Below are positions 49,341-64,000 of a DNA stretch of 64,000 nt, in pieces. Numbering within the stretch: position 1 is the stretch's first letter; each line of letters opens with the position of its first letter. The DNA comes from Azolla caroliniana. Taxonomy: Eukaryota; Plantae; Polypodiophyta. The notes beneath the pieces were generated by a model. That model made no database searches and was not told the DNA's origin. It saw only the letters and a program-made list of their open reading frames with translations. The stretch is from positions 2,232,001 through 2,296,000 of the forward strand of contig JBHGNT010000007.1 of assembly GCA_043228905.1 (NCBI GenBank), given 5' to 3'. Made by a program: the position numbers and the translations under genes.

Positions 49341-51025
49341 AAAGCTTGACACAATCACGTTACATCAAAGAGAGGACTTTCTCATCCTGTAGGTTGTCAT
49401 CTTAGCTAAATCTTAAGCCTTGATTTCGTTAAGTTGTTATGCCTTAATCTTAGTACTATTCACACATGTGGATAATTCAAACTGAGGTTTGGATCCTTTC
49501 TTACTTATTTGTACTTCCTTTTAAGTATTCATTAAAGGAAAAGTAGGGTAAAGTGTGGAACGACCTCAATAGATTACCTTGGTCAAACAATACCTTTAAG
49601 ATGGTTTGTGGTGATTAATTCAATCAAGTTATTTATTAGCAGATAACTCAAACCAAACAACCACTTGTATACGTAGAAGACTTGAGCTCTTTACAATGTA
49701 GAGAGGGTAGTGCTATTATTTTGGTTTTAGTGCATTAAGGTGTATAACCTTCTTGTCATTGAATGTTCTAACTAGGGAATTGATTACATGCCTTTATGTT
49801 GTGTGCATCTAGGCTTTAGGTTTGATCTCTTGGTGACAAAATTATTTGGGTTCTTTGGCATCAATTGACTAATATCAAATGGGAGTTCCATATGAGAGAT
49901 CCAAATGGGAAAGTTGTATTCTTGAACAAGATGGTGGAGTTCTGAAGCATCGCATCATGATTTCACAAGTGTGATGAGGAGTCAATTGGTCTTGCATGGG
50001 AAGTAGTTGGTATTGGAGACAACTATAAATGGCAATAGCTACTTGCTTTAGTCACCCTAAGGGTATGGCTTCAATCCCGCGCATTAAATGTTTTTCCATG
50101 GAGTGGATACACGCCACATGATTATACACACACACATATATTCATACAAGGAGTTATGGAATCTAAGAAACCAATGGCAAGTGGGGTACGATCAATTTAT
50201 CTACATGACAACCAAAATTTAATATTGTGAGCTTGTGGCATGAAGTGAATAGCTTAATGCTTTTTAAGTGACTTTACCTTATTCACCCATTCATATTATA
50301 GGTATGGAAGCAATGAGTTATTCAATTCATGGAAAGCATTTTTATGATACATTGATGAGTATAATGGAATATAGAATCAACATGCACTTAACAACCAATC
50401 GTCTTACCATTACATCATGCCCATTGTACATGTTTTGGTAAGATGTTTCTAATAAAAGTTTTGATTTCGTATACATTTATATTTCTTTTCTTTCTTTCCA
50501 AAAAATAGCTTTATATTTCTTATGTTTTCTGGAATAAGAATGGGAAAATGAATGGGAAATTTTGCACTTAAATTAAAAGGCATTGGAAGTTGAAAAGTTG
50601 TTGAAAAAAATTACAAAGGGCAATTGTGACCAATAAAACCTTGGTTGTGAGTCCTATCCATATATATTTGTGTGCTACCATGACTTATCTATCTATCTAC
50701 TCATGCCAAACGTTGTAAATATAAGGTGTGGACACGAAGACGTTGATAATTAGCAACGTCTTGAATTTACATTGAAATGTAATAATATATTTATTAGTAC
50801 TAAAATTATAACTTAAAATATATTATGATTAAAAAAATGAAGTAGTTCCAATTAGCAACAATTATTTATCGATTTAACTATGCATTTAACTAACCAAACA
50901 TCGAAAAGAGTAATTTATTTTATTAAGTTATGTACTTCTTTATTTATCAAATAAATTGTTTTTTTCCAAAAATCAAATAAAATGTTAGATTTTATGTACT
51001 ATAAATCTTAGATCTTTGATGCAGT

Positions 51026-51385
51026 TGTTAATCATGAGAGGGGTCAGTCAATCATAATGGGTGCCCTCAATGCCATCACCACATTGTTGTTCTACATCAT
51101 TATTGACAATTTAGTGGTCACTATCCTATTTCTCGAAGATGAGAGAATGGGGACCACTTTTATCAAGGTCCTATGTGGGTTGATATGTTTCCAAGCAGCA
51201 TTCATATGCAGTTGCCAATCCATAAGGTATTATTGGTATGCAAGCTTCCTCCTTAAAAACCCATTGGTCCCAACAACACACGACCTTGAAAGTTGATCTT
51301 CCATATCTTAGCAATATCATGTCAAGGGTGAGCAGTATTTTTTGGTTGAGTTAAGGGCATTTTATTTCTCATTTCCTATGTTGCA
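51026..51385 (+). pseudogene. DUF599-family pseudogene fragment (canonical-type sequence)
   Basis: IKVLCGLICFQAAFICSCQSIRYYWYASFLL, then after two stops GEQYFLVELRAFYFSFPML. These match the plant DUF599 motifs QSIRYY and LRAFYFSFP. Confidence 0.75.
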
Positions 51386-52661
51386 ACATCAGGAAATAAT
51401 AGAGATGGCAATGTGTTCACAACATTATATATGTATCTCCATGGGGAACATTACCTAAGCTCATCATGGCCATGGGACATCCTAAAGTTTAATCTACAAC
51501 ATACTCAATTATCACAATGTTTTCTTGGACGTGTCATGTGCTCCATGCTTCACATTTATGTTGTGGCGAACATATGTGAATCTTAATAATCCACCAAAAT
51601 ACAAGTTCATTATAACGTGTATTGGTTGAATGTATTCCAACTTTTTTCTTGGGATTGTATGGGTTCACAAACTGTCTCGTCACACCTTTTCCTCTCTTAT
51701 GTAAGTCATAAGTGTTTTACTTTATGCCATTTGTGGTTTCTCCTCAAAGTCAATATTTATTTCACAAAATCGTTTATCATCCTTCCATAGGGAATTCCCC
51801 TCCAAATTAGTAAGCACATTCTCCGCATACCATTGATTTTCTTTAGCACTGAAAAAAATGCAAACACAAGATCCCAAAGCAAGTAAAAGTAATTCAAAAA
51901 GGATACAAACGCAAGTAAATAACAAGACAGTTAAAAAGTTACTCACTCGAGAAAACAAGTGAAAAAATAGCAATTAGGTCACATCATAGGTGTCTATTCT
52001 GAAATTCTCCATATCATAGTCTTCTTTTCTGAAATTCACGACTTCATAGGCTGCTCTCATGGAGTGCACAACTGGTAGCAACAATGTTCAAGAAGATTAC
52101 TTATCTTATCAACAACATGTATTTTGTGCACTTAGACTGGTGATTAAGGACCAAGGAGAGAAACTAATTGTCAATAATACTTCAAATTACACATTCATTT
52201 CTTATTCATTTGCTCAGAATAAGTAAGGAACAATTATCCATAAGTCGGGATTGCCAACATTGCTAATAAAAGCTTGATCATACCCTCATTATACTTCACT
52301 TTATTTTGCTTGGAATGAAGAAAGAATGCCAATTGGTTTTCTGAATTATGTTATTATTGATTCATTAGTATTTGTCAAGCCTCCCCCCTGAAGGCGGAAA
52401 ACATGAAAGGTCAAGTGAGGGTCTTGAGATAATTAACAATTTTCAAATCCTCTCATTCATGCCATTTGAATAGGTTAGACATCTTTTGCTTAAACTGTAC
52501 ATGTCAATGTCTCTTCTTCTCATTAGTGGTAGCTTACCTAGCCTTGCATGTGCATTTGAAAGTCTTTTGAGTTTAAAGCACATCTTTACATGAATCTAAT
52601 CATTACACTAGGAACTTCCAAGATATGGCTTCTTTGAAACTACACCCAATTGTGCACAATC

Positions 52662-55115
52662 TCAAGCACTGCCTCGACCCCTTATCAAAGGAACATCATG
52701 ATTGTGCTTTCCTTCGTATGTTGTCTTAACCGACCTTGGATCAGATGATGATCTCTCAATATGCTTCCTGACTCCACATCCAGCATTTGTACATTTGTAG
52801 TAGTTTCTGTAGGTCATATCATTTCAATGGATTAAAATAGTTTTTTTCTTCTAGCATCAGAAGTATTATAATCATTTTTAGGGCCAAAAAATGTCAAAAT
52901 GTGACTCTTTGTTCCCAAAATGCCACTCCTGGTTTGAATCATAACTATTTAGTAGAGCTTGATTACTGCATAAGTAAATCCTAATAATATGTAATGATCA
53001 AAAGCAACAAATGGGTTAGATAGCAAACGGAAAGAGGAGGTCACTAGACATGGATTCAATAGTGCATGGAGAATAAAGCCAGTATCTATGAGTTGTGGCA
53101 TTCTGGGAGTGGCATCAACCTGAATAGTATTTTGGGAATTTTCATAACATATGTGGGGCATTTTGAGAATTACAGAAACATTGAAAAAGCTTTCCCTTAA
53201 ACATAACTCAACTATAAACAATGATATGCATAACGGGAAGGCTGTTCTACAACACTGATGGAGATTTGTTGTCATACCTGGGATAGGTATGGCCTTTAAC
53301 CACCTTCTGGCCATATTTGCGCCATCTATATCCATCATCAAGAATATCGACTTGGCTTACTGTTTGTACCACCACTCGTGGCTCACGGATAGTCCTGATC
53401 GGTGGTGGATATGATGGTGGCATCTCCCCACCATTCTCCATTCTCCTGATACATGTATACACATACGTGAACAAATCATGAATGATGAATAGAAACAAGA
53501 GCCCTAACATGTTGGGTATTTATGAGAATACCCAATTTTCCATAGTACAAAAGTTTTACTACTGTAGAGGAGCACTCAGGTAACCTTTGAAAATTTAGGG
53601 TTTTTCTGGCAAGTTTTTGAAAACTTAATGGTATTGTTGTTGCTTCTTGAGCTAGAAGATGGCATACCTTCGTTTTGACTCTTGCTCATCGTCACAGTTA
53701 TCCTCGTCACTAGGGGAACAGAAGGATTGCTCTGGAGTGGCAATCATGCCTGTATGAGAAATAACTACTGATGAGGATGGCATGTCAGCCTGATGCCTAT
53801 CAGACTCCACTTTTTCGAGACCATCTTCATTGGATTGCAAATGTGATCCTCGTTCCGACCGATCCACCATTATCTGAGCAGCATTTCTAGATGCTCTTCT
53901 CGTGGTTTGTGGCTTGAGATGATTGTGCTCCCCTTTGTATGTAATTTCCGTTATTTCTCCTTCATCTGAATATTCGACATGTTTCTTCACAGTACAATTT
54001 GGGTGTGTACACTTGTAGTAACTACGAGGCCGCTCAGTACCTTTTAACTGCTTTTGTCCATACTTCTTCCAGTTGTACCCATCTGAAGATGGCTTCCCAT
54101 TCATAGAAACTCCATGGTGAGATAGAATTGCTTCAGTTTCTGTGTGTTTTTTATTAGGTTCAGCAATCTGTGTCCTCTCTCTCTCATTTGTTTCATGTAG
54201 GTCTTCAGTCTTCACGTACATAAATGATGGCTCTGAGTTCAATATGGGTCTATTTTCAGTTTCAGACTCTGCCTTACTGGAAATTCCTAACGACCCCTAT
54301 CAACAATACAATAGATATTTTTAAGAATACATCATCATCATAGCATATAATAAATTGTTCAAAATAAGATAAAGAGGCTAACACTCGCACCACGCCAGTT
54401 GTAGGAGAGCACCCACTTTGTGCAGGTATTGAGTGTGGTCTGAAGAGGAAATTATCATCATTTTGTGGAGCTTGATTCTCACTATTTTTGCCAGAACCCA
54501 TCACAAGTCTACTTCCAAGATTGTTAAGCGATGCCAAAAATGAAGTTGTGGGAGATGGATCAGCCTGCATTATTCCAGTATATATTCAAAGGGGAAAAAA
54601 AAAACCAGAGAACATGAACAACACATCAATAAGACATCGTAAGGCCCACAATAAATGTAGAAAAAACATACCAAACCAGGGCAAAAGAGAATAGGGGACT
54701 CCAATAGCATTGTTGGGCTAAGTCCAGGAGGGATGGTAAGACACGCTGATGGAATCGGTAGCCTCGATGGCATCATAGACTTGTATCTTGCAATTTTATT
54801 GGATGGAATATGTGGGATAGCATCATTACCGTTCGTTGATAGATTTTCTTCAGAATGTTCATCACGATGGTCTGAGTTAGTAGTACCCTTGTTGCTAGTA
54901 TTACGCATCAAACCTTGCTCGCCACCTAGGAGAGGAAAGGCAGGAGGCCCAAAATTCTTTACATCTGGATAAGGATCATTTTCTGCAAAGAGGCTAGAAA
55001 CAAAAGTTGTCGGACTTGGTGTGACGTCATCGCTAACACCTTGAAGGAAAGCTTCTTTGCTTGTATTCTTTGGAGGAACAACTAGCATAGCAGTCACAAC
55101 ACCACCTTCTCCCAT
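52662..55115 (-). CDS. WRKY: Group I WRKY transcription factor (two domains, about 519 aa). Exons 55115-54672, 54564-54391, 54296-53668, 53445-53278, 52806-52662
   Basis: [21 protein letters not shown] cluster. N-domain [20 protein letters not shown] and C-domain [21 protein letters not shown], with the conserved PR intron. All junctions are GT-AG and phase-consistent. Probable 5' UTR intron about 55137-56178. Confidence 0.93.
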
Positions 55116-58100
55116 TCTGATGCAGGTATGTTCCCTCTGCATTTGCAAATCCGTTATTAACAAAGAAAGAAATCACCTCATTTGCTTGCAAACCAACTTA
55201 AAACAGGGGCTAGTTGATCATTTAAAACGAGGTCATATTTTAAGTTGGAAACACCCAGCTCAATGGATTATTAGCACACATTTTTTAGATTATGAATGAC
55301 GGGCTTAACATCCGCCAATCTATCACATAACCATGTAAGATGTCATTCACATCATCCAACTATTATCCCTCTATTTATGTATGTTTTGTACAAAGATGAT
55401 CTTCTCATGTGTTATACATATGTGATTCACATAATCCACATATCATCTAGCCCTGTGAGATTTTAAACATATAATACAGCTATCATGCAACTAGTTGTAA
55501 TGATCCAAATATTTCTTGCGTGGATACTATTCATATCATCGAATCAGCATCTAACTATGAGTCTTTACATAAACCATCTATAATCCCACATATCACGTCA
55601 TTCCCACAATTGTTATTCACATCATCATCCAACCATCATCTAATTTAATGTGGGATGTCATTGAATTATCATCTAACACCAAATAAAAACATACATACAC
55701 ATGTATATAGACATGCATGTGCATATATATACGTACATAACACATGCAAAACAAATATAGGTACATACTTGCATATATAGATACTTACGTGTATACATAC
55801 ACATATCTATAAACACAGACACACACATATGTTTCTATTTGGCATGAGTCAACAATCAAAAACACAGAATATGTTACCTTTAACTATGGTGTCTCCCTTA
55901 ACTGAAGCTTCTTCTACTATTGACCCTTTTGATATTGATGCTACAGATTCTTTCTGCCAAATCAAAGCCAAAATTGACAAGAAGTCCATGCCAAAAAAAA
56001 AAAAAAGCCATAGCTCCATTAAGAGGTAGCTGAAGTACAAATCCACTGTTAAAAAGCTTCAAAACTGTCTCATTTTCTGGTAACAATATTTCACTTAAAA
56101 ATAAACAGCAGAGAAAGCACAGGAACACAAATCTCCACGAAATGAAGCTAAAACAAGTGATTTCATGAAGTGGGTTACCTTCAAACTGTAGCGAAATCGG
56201 GTGAAATTTGCGGAATTTCTGTGTGTTTTCTGAATACTTAAAACATAAAAGAAAGACAGACAGGGAAGATAAAAGCCTTAGTGTGTTATGGATAGATATC
56301 TAGAAAGAGGAGTCATTTCATTTATTTACATATTTATTCATTCATTCATTTATTCATTTATTCATTTATTTAATGGTGGAAAAGTGCCCCTATTTGAGAA
56401 TTTGAGCTGGGGACCTCACATGGGCCTTTACTAGAAGGATGTCCTGAGGAGTGAGTGTTCCTTACAAGATTTGCTCCTACAAGATCGTCCAAAACCTGGC
56501 GGCACATATCTTTTCATCTTTTCATTACAAGAATTCTTCTCCTACCTAGAACACTCACAAATCTTCTAAGCCAGATAGTGCCCCCCACCCCCCTCGCTGC
56601 AAAGAACACTCGCTAGCTAGTGTCGTCCTTTTGTAGTACAACATTCGCCAATTGTGCCTGATGTAGTCGTACCTAGGGCAACAATCACAATGGTTGATAC
56701 CCCACAACTACAAGCCTAGCTTTGCCTTTCCTTCTTAACAAGGGTGTCCCCAAGCTGGAAGAATGTCGATAGTTTCTCATGATAGTTCCTTACAAGAGCA
56801 AATGCGTAGTATGACAATTAGCCTTTCCAACAAGGGAACCTACAACCTATCATGGACTACCCCGTAAAAGTATCCGCAAAGCTTATGCTAACGTACATGG
56901 CCTTTCTTGCTAGAAAGTCCATTAAATTGTCTCTTTCTACAAATATGTCTTGTGCTTGACAAATTGTCCCTATGGAATCTAATTAATAATTCCCACATTC
57001 TTATTCTCATATAAGGAAGGCATTCCTAAAGTATCACAAAAGGCACTTCTTTTATTCGACTCCATAAGTTTCCTTTATTTTCGAAAAACGAATTTGTTTT
57101 ATTCTGTCGATTTCATTTTATGGTCACTTTTCTTCTAGAATCCCATATTCACATTAGATAATTGATTTGTGTCCAACATTAAATCATTGTTGCTCTTGCC
57201 TTCACCTGTGAACCAGTCAACAATTCTTTTCTAGAAATTGGACTTTTGTTTTCTGCCCTTCTCCACACTGCAAGGCCTTGCTTGTTTCATATTCAAGGAC
57301 TTCCGACCCCCTTTTTCCTCATAACTTTCGAATGCTCAACCGTTAAGCCTCTCCATTTATCTTCCTCATGATCAAAACCCAACTTTTCTATTACTTTGTT
57401 TGTCAATTGGTGTATTTTCTCAAGAATAATAATGATTTGAATGGGAGAGTCAACAAATATGCAAATTTATCAACCCCCAATTCACATTTGTTTTCAAGTA
57501 TCATTTAGATGTCAACGTGGCAAAAATGATTTGTGCTTTCAAATGTCCATCTCAAAGGAAATTCATTCAAGAAAATTTATCCAAGGCACTTCATTTTGTA
57601 TCCAGCTACCAATAAACCTCTCTCCTTATTTCCGCCCTCTCGTGTCAGGCATGTGTACATGCTCATGCTCATAACAATGCACATAAGTAATCAACAATAG
57701 ACTTGTCCATTAGTTTGTAATCTCATGTACGGACAACATTAAGGCCAAGTAAAATATTACAAATAATAAGAACATCTGAAGTTTAGATATCATAGAGAGT
57801 TTACAAAATGAGTCCTTAGTACTTATTCTCATTTCATTGATAAGAAGGGGGGCATACATAGTCTATGTGTGCAATTTCTAGAAATTAGGCTATTGTTTGA
57901 TGTGTTACTAGTTTCCCAAGTGTATCTTGAGTCTTAGGCAATATAAAATGCAATTTATTGATAAATGATATTTCAAGTCATTAAAGTTACATAGCGCATT
58001 ATGTATTTTAAGACTTAGTCTATTAGTGGCCATGAACAATGTGGAGTCCCAACAACATTTTAGCTTAAAATAATAACATATCCAATACAAAATTATTGCA

Positions 58101-60453
58101 ACAATAGAGGTGAATAGGAATAATTACAACATATCAAGTCACGGATCATGATGACAACCAACCTCCAAGTCAAAAAACATTGTAAACAAGCTACTTGTCA
58201 AAGAATGAATGACACCTTGAATTAACTAAACACAAAAAGAAGAGACCAGTCAAATGTGACCATCGATAGCAATGAAGATTGTATTTAGAATTAGGATTTG
58301 AGTAACAAGGAAGACATGTAAATTTGTCATTAGTGTTCACGGGGATAATTTAAACAAAGGCACATGTCTCCACAACTTTTAAGCTCATTCTTATGATTTT
58401 GCTCTTCACTTGAAATTCTTCAAGACAAGTACTAAACAAGCTTTCACATATTATTGAAACAATTGGAAGATGAATATGAAGTGTAGTGGATCGATATTAA
58501 TTGTACATTAACGGCTACTTACTTTATAGGTAGTTGCAATAGTTGAAGAAATAATGTGACTCAAAATTTTGGTCGCCACCAAAACACCAATTTATGAATG
58601 TTCGCTTAAATATTTACTATAATTGAAAACAACCTTCAAGATTCATTCCACAAGCACAAAATATTGGAAACTAGTGTAATGAAATCGTTATCCCAAAGTG
58701 AGAACTTTTTTTTACATTTGTAGTCCTTAAATTATGTAAATTGTTGCTTAGAGATCACGATTAAAAAGTCAATGATATTTAAGACCTATTAATCTACTAT
58801 TTGTCGGATATAAACTCCTTAATACAACTGTGGTAGTCCTAACATGATGATCGTAGATGTGTATGAGAACTTACGATGTAAATGTATAGCCTCTATGCAT
58901 AAAACCTAGGGCATGGTAGGAACAATATCGTAGTAGGTTAACCTCTTTCACATTACGATGATTAAATTGCAAAGTCATCCTATGTGGCTTTAGAGTTGGT
59001 TTTTCTTTTTTGAGAAATGGCCATATTTTATTTTTGTCTTTAATGAGACCTTAACATGGGATGGTCTAACACTCTTCATCACATGAAAGCAAAACAAGTC
59101 TTTCTCTTCTCTTCAGTGAGCATCTAACTTCTATCATTGTCAGATGCTAACCACGCACCAACATTGTTGCTCACCTCGCCACCATTGTCATTTACCTTGC
59201 CTTACCTTAGAGCTAGAGGTGCAATGGATACTATGATTCCTTGAAGGATCGTGGACATATGTATATCACATGGGCTTTACTAGGACACGGAAAAAATGTT
59301 TTAGGCATGGACATTTCCATCATTGTACACATACATTCAAGGTATGACCCAAATAACCATTTATGGAGATGACAAACGTTCTTGATTAACTATTGTAGTA
59401 CCTTGTAGCTTACTACTTGTGACTTACAAAGTGACAAAGATAACACAATATACATTTGGCTCATCCAAGTAGCCATGATCTAATCAACAACGTAGGGAAG
59501 TTTGTTTCATAGCATACCATCAATTGAATCTCTTTGTTCCAACATTTAGTCTTCACTCATACCTCTTTGTTCACATGGCATTTTGGAAGGCAATGCTATT
59601 TCCCCACTCTATGCAAAAATATGCCAATGTCAATGTTATGACAACCTTTAATTACGAGTCAATTGGTAGCGCTCCTAATCTCAAATGAATTTGTCGTAAA
59701 GCACATCTCACTTCATGGAATGTGTAATGCCATGCCATCACGATTCAAAACTAATGGATATATCATTATGGAACCAAGATACATATATTGTCTCAAATTA
59801 TACTCCCAATGACAGCAAATGAAAAAACTTCAAATTTTGGCAAATCAAGAGAATGACAGGTTCAAGAAACCTAAATGTGTGAAGGAGCTACCCTACTGTC
59901 TCACCTACATTCTTCAATAGTTTCAATAAATATAGATCAAAATATTGAAAGAAGAGATCTTGAAGATCACCAAACATTTCAAAGGATCCATGGTTTTTGA
60001 GGTTTAAGGAGTTATATGATATCTCAAATTAAAATACATGTAGTCTCGAACTTACATCAAAACAAAATAAAAAGAATTCAAAAAATATAATGAGCAAGGA
60101 GATCATGGCAAATATTGGAATGGATCCATAGCTTTAGGGTGGTTTAGGGATAAAGGCATATGTAAAGACAAGTCAACCATGTTTAATTTGGATCCATTGG
60201 TAAGATTTGAGAGACGAAGCATAGTGGAGTCGATAAACATTTGATCAATTCCTTCTTGTTTGATGTTTGTCGTTGATCAGAGAAGTTGCTTCAGTACATA
60301 TTTGTTTCAAATTGCATGACAACCAAAAAGAACTTCACAAACTACAATTTTAAAATAATGGAGGGGCAAGACTATGAAGACCAACCCATATGTGAAGGGA
60401 TCAATGGGTTTAGGGTGCAAGGTTAAAGGAGATAAGTGAATTTTGATAGATAA

Positions 60454-61983
60454 TCAACTCTTTTTGGTTGTGTTGACACTCCATGTGTTCGTATATTGCT
60501 TCTTTGCCTCTCTTAACTTTCCAAAGAGGCATAGGATGAAGAAAGAGATCATGTAAACCGCATAGGATTTCCAGCTTGTCCGGGGGGGCTTTATGGCGAT
60601 GGCAGGATGGAACACGGTCACATAGTAATGAAGACCAACGGATAGAGCCACGATCCATTGAGCCACTGCGGCGAGCTTTATGGTCAACAACTTGTCCAAT
60701 GTGAAAGAGTAGAGAACATTAGATCCTTGTAAGAGAAGGTAGACACCATATCCGAGGGCTTGTAGAATTTGAAGGGAGATATAGCTCGACAACGTGTTAT
60801 GGAAGAAGAAGGACATCGGCTCGAGACCTAGGACTAAAGAAGCAATCCACAAGGTCGCGAAATACGAGGTCAAGTAGATGTTGGCAAAAAGGATGACTTT
60901 TTGCAAGGAGAAGAGGGCCTTTATGTGCTCGAAGAGCAAAATGACTACGATCAAAGGGAGAAGAAGGATGGCATAGGAGACCATTGTGGCAACGAAGGGC
61001 GCGTATTGCCTCCCGATGAGGGGCAAGAAGCTCTCCGCAATTTGTTGGTTCGCGATGTCAAAATACTCTTTCGAGGTGCCCGTCCATTTCAAGACGTCGG
61101 GCCGGAGATGATCCGCCACTCGTCCCGCAGTCTCTTGGAACTTGCTAGGGAATTCGGCTAGCTCTTGCAATATGTCGTAGTCCTCATCCTCTCGTGTTTG
61201 CCCCACAGTATCGGTGTCACTACTCCGAAGTTCCCCTAGTCGAGCCTCTATGTCATTCGAAGCCTTTCGAAATTCCCCGAGAACTCCAGTTTCTTGTTCC
61301 TTGTACTTCACATCCCGATGCAGGTCAATCTCTTCGACATTCTCATCATTTGAATCCTTTCTTTCTTCGGCCTCTTCTTCATCATCGTGTTCTTTGGACC
61401 TCTCTTCGGTCACATTATCAAGCTTCTCGTCTTTGGCCCCCCCCTTTCCACCATAATCCTTGTCTTCGTGTTTTTCGCCATATTTTTTGGTTGGATTTCC
61501 AGCACCATAATTGTGTCTTTCCTTAACGAATTCGGCCGGCTTTCGATCGTCCTCGGAATCTCTCGGATCAATAGAAGTATCTCTACGGCTCGGACCATCA
61601 TCGTAGGGCATTTTGATTTCGGCGCCCGGCATGTGGACTTGTCTTATGGCTTCTGCCCCTGGGAATTTTTTGATTTCCATGCCAGAGTCTGGCATTTTGA
61701 TCGCAGTCTCCATGAACTGGAATGTAGAGGCAGTTCCCGGAGCAGGCTCGAGTGATATACCGCCAGTTTTCGGCCCAGCATTTTCCTTTTCCTCGTCCGA
61801 TAAGAGCTTTCGAAGAACCAGAGTTTCCGGAAATGGTTTCGAGACAACCAGAGAATCATCACATGATGCTACTAACATAGATCCCCACACAAAGATAGAT
61901 TGCATACATATAGTCAAGCAAACACAAGCAATTACAAGAACCCATGATGCCTTTGTTCTCAGGCAAGGACCTGGGCAATCCAT
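60454..61983 (-). CDS. Uncharacterised land-plant multipass membrane protein (509 aa, intronless)
   Basis: Long ORF with an N-terminal hydrophobic segment, an acidic low-complexity region and about six C-terminal TM segments (FSLQKVILF, GLEPM, LQALGY, VGLHYY..PPRTSWK). I recall these motifs from a conserved plant family of unknown function. Confidence 0.85.
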   Translation of the reverse strand: MDCPGPCLRTKASWVLVIACVCLTICMQSIFVWGSMLVASCDDSLVVSKPFPETLVLRKLLSDEEKENAGPKTGGISLEPAPGTASTFQFMETAIKMPDSGMEIKKFPGAEAIRQVHMPGAEIKMPYDDGPSRRDTSIDPRDSEDDRKPAEFVKERHNYGAGNPTKKYGEKHEDKDYGGKGGAKDEKLDNVTEERSKEHDDEEEAEERKDSNDENVEEIDLHRDVKYKEQETGVLGEFRKASNDIEARLGELRSSDTDTVGQTREDEDYDILQELAEFPSKFQETAGRVADHLRPDVLKWTGTSKEYFDIANQQIAESFLPLIGRQYAPFVATMVSYAILLLPLIVVILLFEHIKALFSLQKVILFANIYLTSYFATLWIASLVLGLEPMSFFFHNTLSSYISLQILQALGYGVYLLLQGSNVLYSFTLDKLLTIKLAAVAQWIVALSVGLHYYVTVFHPAIAIKPPRTSWKSYAVYMISFFILCLFGKLREAKKQYTNTWSVNTTKKS

Positions 61984-64000
61984 ATATATATATCTTATTC
62001 CTCTGCCTCTCTAGAGTTCCTTCACTTCAATGGATTTGTGGGTGATCAATGCAGACTTGAAAAGATGAGATGAGAATCCATGGAATGCAGGTGTGTTTAA
62101 TAATGGGGGAGGCTTACCTTCAGCAAAAATATCTTCTGATTGATGAATTTCTGAGATCTAGACTTGTGCCACGGACTATTGAAACAGAGGAAGGAAAAGG
62201 AGAAGAAGATGGTGATGGTGATGGTGGTGGCCATGGCCATGGAATTCGCCCACAACCTTGCACGTTCATTCATGTGAACAAGCTGGGACCACATGGACTT
62301 TGCTTAGTTACTAGTGACAATGGACATGAGAATTTGGACACCCATTCATCGCGGCCATCCAACAACACTTGACAAAAAGATTACTTACTCCTGCTACTTT
62401 TAACTGAGACACAGGTGCCCAAATATATATCCACAGAGCCCCCATAATCCATCCCCATTGCACTATACTACTACTGAAAACATTCTTTGAACTCGATCCA
62501 CAACCCAAAGGCGAATGTATTCATTGCAAATGTTGCTTAAGACAAACATACCCCTCCTAATGCATCATGCCCCCTCCATTAGAGAAAGAACAATGGAGTC
62601 ACATGTTGATTATTACTTGAACTACATAGATTGAGGATATGTGGACACATTGTCATACTTAGGCTTGATTCTCATCTGACAATAAACATTCAATGCACGT
62701 CTAAAGACAATGCAATTATCACATTAGGATTGCAAATGCTCCCCTCATTGGAAAGCAACTAATACTTAAAAACATATTTGCACATTGAAAAGTGAGTGAC
62801 ACTAAACAATGTTTTCTTCATGCTATCATGAATTCAATGACATAGCTTGGAATATCACTAAGTTTCTTTGGTTATCATTCTCGGTTAAACAATGGGCAAT
62901 GGGCATATATTGGAAATATACTCCTAGGAAGATTTAGCAAACTTTGAGACTCCTTACTTCTTTAAACAATACCTTTTTCATTGAGTTTGCAGTTTTAGCA
63001 ATATAAAAATAAAAGTTTACAACATGATCCAAGCAAAATTCAATGTTCAAATCCATCATGTTCATTAATGGATTCTTTTTATTTGAAGTTGTTCTTGCAA
63101 TAATATACATGTAAATAATGAGAGTAAAAGGCAAAGGTAAAAGCTACAGTAATATGTATTGATAGTGAATGAAATATGATGGAGACTCACTTCTATAAAT
63201 CCCTTTGTTTGGAGGTACGAGAGTCTTCCCCCCACCCTTTCTGAAAGCTGGGATGGAAAGAGCACTTTAAGACCCTAATCTACTAACATTAAAGTGAGTC
63301 ATCTTGCCTCTAGATAACAATTAGATGGACCTCACTATGGATAATTTGGTTATTTCACCATTATATACCTCTTCTTCATGCGTAGTGTAATGATATCATC
63401 AAACTTTATTGCAAATAAATCTTGGTTTGTCAAGGTCATGATGTATGGCACGTTGCTTAGACTTGCTTAGTAACGGTAGAGAGTTCTCGATGCAACTTGT
63501 CATTCCCATTCTTTGTTTTGAGGGATAGTATTTATTTTGGGGGATCACGTTGGGTGGCTTGCTTGCCATTGGTCAATTCATCAAGCACAGGCTTATGCAA
63601 TGCTTAATTGCAAGAGTGGATTAAATTCCTAACTTGGATTTTGATTAGTGATATGCAATGATCCTATCTGAGGCTAGCTACGAGAGGGAGTGATATTAAG
63701 CCTTGTTCAAGCACATGCTTTTCTAAAATGAACGTAGCCGCTTCAAATAAATCAATTGTTGTAGTCCAAAACATGATCAAACCAATGTTATAATGATCGT
63801 GTCCCGATGGGGGGATCATGTCATGTTGATAATAAATTGCCATTGCGCTTTCATGAGTTGACTTCTTTTTTTCTTTCTTTTTTTGCATATTAGGGAATGT
63901 GATATAATTGGCAACTCTAGATCGCTTCTTATTTCATGGACAAAGTAGAGTGCTCTATCTTGTTCACCAATTTAGCAAATTGAGGCACTCTTTTATGCAC

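Noticed and set aside
50020-50095. Possible tRNA-derived SINE head (..TAAATGG..GGCTTCAATCCC)
   Set aside because: The boxes are too degenerate, and no tail, TSD or second copy was seen.

Overview
Eukaryotic land-plant nuclear DNA. A seed-free lineage is likely, inferred from the Tcn1-type chromoviruses. About half the window is LTR retrotransposon. A decayed Ty1/copia host (about 14064-36320, minus) contains a Ty3/gypsy chromovirus A (15378-26792, TSD GCTGA), which itself contains a younger chromovirus B (18497-24251, TSD ACTCG, LTRs apparently identical). The same host also holds a third chromovirus-type LTR (C), a nested copia D (28553-33737) and a solo LTR. Elsewhere there are more copia and gypsy remnants, solo LTRs, a hAT-type MITE and a possible CACTA end. 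Host genes: two divergent DUF599-like genes in an inverted duplication flanking the TE nest, a DUF599 pseudogene, a five-exon group I WRKY gene and an intronless 509-aa multipass membrane protein. The most notable signal is in the chromovirus LTRs. All three families carry an antisense tRNA-like A-box/B-box cassette with identical 44-nt spacing at the start of U3. The two full elements lack a tRNA PBS and instead show covarying 12-nt self-priming complementarity, plus a conserved -1 frameshift signal. Everything was read by eye and no searches were run.
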